Shown: piece by piece, positions 61,248-64,000 of the stretch
Numbering within the stretch: position 1 is the first letter of the stretch
Layout: every line of letters starts with the position of its first letter
From: Chrysemys picta bellii
Taxonomy: Eukaryota
Direction of reading: 5' to 3'
Assembly (NCBI RefSeq): GCF_011386835.1
Contig: NC_088797.1
Location: forward strand, 124,434,001 to 124,498,000
Length of the DNA stretch: 64,000 nucleotides
Translations under genes and position numbers: made by a program
Notes under the pieces: generated by a model
The model's input: the letters and a program-made list of their open reading frames with translations, nothing else
What the model was told of the DNA's origin: nothing
The model's database searches: none

Positions 61248-61467
61248 TTCTTCTGCTCATAATGTCCCTGACCTCCTTCATCTCCTCAAAGCACTGGCTC
61301 AGTAAGGAGAAGCTCTCAGCGACGGGGTCTTCCGAGCCGACCTCGGACAGCTTCAGACACAAGAGGATACGCTGCTTCTCCTCGTCCATGCTCGTCACGT
61401 TGGCGACCACCGTCTGTCCCACCACAAAATGGTCTTTGGTGTCCGTCACAAACTTGTCACTCATGGC
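61248..61467 (-). CDS. PDCD11: PDCD11 exon
   Basis: acag|[20 protein letters not shown]...DIMSRR|gtaagt; 220 nt. Confidence 0.93.
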
Positions 61468-62042
61468 CTGTTTGGAAAAGGTCAGCAGAGGCAACTGCTT
61501 AGCAATCCTATTAAACTATAGCACCTTTCATGAGCGTATTTTTACAAACATCAATTAAGCTTCAACCCCTCTCTGATGTTGGCAGGTATTATTCCCTAGG
61601 CAGAGAGGTTAAATGACTGGCACAAGGTCACAGAGCAGCCCAGTGGCAGGCCTGAGAATAGAATCGAGGAGTCGCAATTCCCAATCTCCTCCATGGGGTG
61701 CTAGCTACCCCACTGTAGCAGTGTTGCTTTTTGCATTGCAGTCCCAGATATGCCAGCAGACAGGTGGCGGGGGACACGTGGCGTGATTAGGAAAGAGGGC
61801 TCTTTTCAGCGCTTGTAGCATCTCCATTTGCCTTCATGCTCTTTCCTGCCCCTTCCCTCCCATATCACGGAGACACCTAGAACTCTATAAATACAACCCC
61901 AGCAGCAGTTTTTACTCCCAGTGGGCGGGGCAGCGTGAGTGCAGGAGAGCTGCAGTCTATCTGCCCTCCAGCCCTGCTTGCAGGCCCAAGAAATGTGGCT
62001 CTAAACATGGTGCTTTAAGAGGGAAAGTCACACCCAGCTTAC

Positions 62043-62213
62043 CGCTTTCGGGGCTAGTCCAGCTAGACCAAATGGGAACTCCACAAACACGCCATAGGAC
62101 ATAATGTTCCTCACGTAACCAGCCAGCTGCATCCCAGGTTGGATTTCAGAGAAGCTCCTCACCACTTGCTCCTCCTGTACTGCAGAGATCACTGCAGGCT
62201 TTCTGCACAGGGT
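62043..62213 (-). CDS. PDCD11: PDCD11 exon
   Basis: ttcag|[12 protein letters not shown]...[18 protein letters not shown]|gtaagc; 171 nt; absent from the ORF track, translated by hand. Confidence 0.92.
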
Positions 62214-62849
62214 CTGAACAACTAGTCAAGGAACAGGGCCTTCTAATCAGGGGAAGAGGAAACAAGCTCAGGAACCTACTTAATCCCTTGGTATCACCAG
62301 AGCCATTGCAAGTTGTACAATACAGGATCTTAAAATCAGTGTTCCAATTACCACCTTGCTTTCCCCTCCACCGATAATTTTAGCAGCCAATATCTCACAA
62401 ATTGCGACAGTTGGAGATTAATGCATTACCCCATTTGGGAGCTGGAATTCCCTGATTACAATCCGTACAACTAGCTGGTTTTCAGTGCTAGCTATTTACT
62501 AAAGCCATGTCACAATTGATATTTATGCATACGAGCTGGGAAAAAAAAAAAAAACAGTAATCAGAATGTTGTGATTTTAAAGCCTGATACCTCACAATCT
62601 ACTAGGGCTAGAAACACGTCTTATCGCTGATGGGATTCCCAGAAGCATACAAGATTCAATTCAAGGGTGGGTGATTCGCAAGATACCAGCCCTTCAAACC
62701 ATCCTTGGTTCCTGAGGATGGAACCAGCCCCACACCTTACAGTAGTGTAGTTCCTCTTCCTTGTGTACAGTCTAGATTTGAAATAGATTGTTCCATCAAG
62801 GTGTGTGTTTAATGGCCAAAGCCTTCATGAATGAAGAATCAAAGGATAC

Positions 62850-63044
62850 AATGTGTCCTCCCTTGTCACTTAGGCACATAACCCTGTGGAGGATGTCACC
62901 CTCTTGGAGCCAATGGTACAGGAGTTTACAGTTAACCACGTGGTCAGACAGGTGCATTGTGGGAAGGTGGGCGGAGACATTGTCTGACAAGATGGAAACC
63001 TCCAGGCCATTATCTTTCTTCTTCAGGATTTTCACGTCAACCAT
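62850..63044 (-). CDS. PDCD11: PDCD11/RRP5 exon (first visible, S1-repeat region); upstream exons lie outside the window
   Basis: ctcag|MVDVKILKK...DKGGHI|gtatcc; 195 nt, phase 0-0. Confidence 0.9.
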
Positions 63045-64000
63045 CTGAGCAGAGAACAGGAGACATGTAACGTGAGACTGTAAACAGCTCTGAGGTCCCT
63101 CCAGCTACGAACAAGGAACTGTCTCATTCCAATAGCAGAGAACCTCAGAAGCATCTGACACATTTAATATAAAACAATCTCAACAAATCACAGAAGTCAA
63201 AGTCTGGAAAATTCATTTGATCAGATGGGAGATGGGGAGGAGATCATTTAAACAAAACAGAACATCCCTGTGCTTGCAGTAGTAAAACTTGTATTTATGT
63301 GTCGGTAGTGTCTTTTATTCCAAAGGGATACTGAAGCACTTAAAAACTATTGTCTTTATGGCAAATATTTACCTAACACTGAAATGCAGCTCCCTCTGAA
63401 GCAAAACATGGCAGCTGTTAGCACACTTTGAGAAATGGATGTGACCACCATATCCAACAGGAATTACTTCAGGGAAGACCTATGACCTGTGTTATAGAGG
63501 AGGTCAGACTAGATGATCACAGAGGTCCCCTCTGACCGTATAATCTATGTAGTGGAGCTACTGAAGTTAACACTCTACTCTTGGGATAATCTCATGGGGC
63601 TCTTTTGTCCTCCCTCTTCTAAAGCGCATCAGACCCTCCCTAGCATCCTAACGTGATGCCAGGCTCACACTAGGAGATGCAATGATGCTAGTTCCTCATT
63701 TGCCTGCTGTCCAAAACAGCCTTTCTGCATCTACTGGCCTCTTTTCACCTCTCTTTCCTCCCTGTCTCGCACCTCGCCCTGTCTCTTTAAGTGCCTTGTG
63801 ACTGACCATTTCAATGTATTCACATAAGTATTTTCTCTAACATACACTCCTGTTTGAGTCATGGTCTCATTTACTTTACTCTAAAAACTTATTTGTGGAC
63901 GACACTTGTACAAAAGATACAATACAAAACCTAGCTGTCATTGTCACCATCTAGTGAGACCCTTTAGACAGGTTTTAGAAGTAAAATAATTCAAAGTTGC

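Noticed and set aside
40555-63044. Intronic snoRNAs in PDCD11, a ribosome-biogenesis gene
   Set aside because: I found no convincing C/D or H/ACA box arrangement by eye; an Infernal/Rfam scan would be decisive.
1-64000. Prokaryote-type systems (CRISPR arrays, operons) or a clear endogenous viral ORF
   Set aside because: The sequence is intron-rich vertebrate DNA; I saw no repeat-spacer array and no confidently viral protein motif.

Overview
Vertebrate genomic DNA, almost certainly turtle: it carries tRNA-derived tortoise-type polIII SINEs with CR1 tails, plus CR1, Penelope, Harbinger and many hAT MITEs. The window holds part of the conserved CALHM-PDCD11 locus. CALHM1 (+, 2 coding exons, 338 aa) and CALHM2 (+, 2 coding exons, 319 aa) are complete. 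The 3' 22 coding exons of PDCD11/RRP5 (-, 1191 aa visible) converge on CALHM2; I checked every junction for GT-AG and continuous phase. CALHM3 is not recognisable here. Most ORFs in the supplied track are antisense shadows or repeat-derived. I cannot show a new biological system. The best leads lie in the ~17.7 kb CALHM1-CALHM2 interval: a full-length two-gene Harbinger fossil with nested hAT MITEs; a splice-flanked, phase-symmetric 150-nt segment with a strong heptad repeat that may be an unannotated exon; a cluster of three CTCF-like motifs; and a TSD-flanked Penelope mini-insertion carrying a minimal hammerhead-ribozyme motif. An inverted SINE pair also brackets four PDCD11 exons. All family assignments come from recalled similarity, not database searches.
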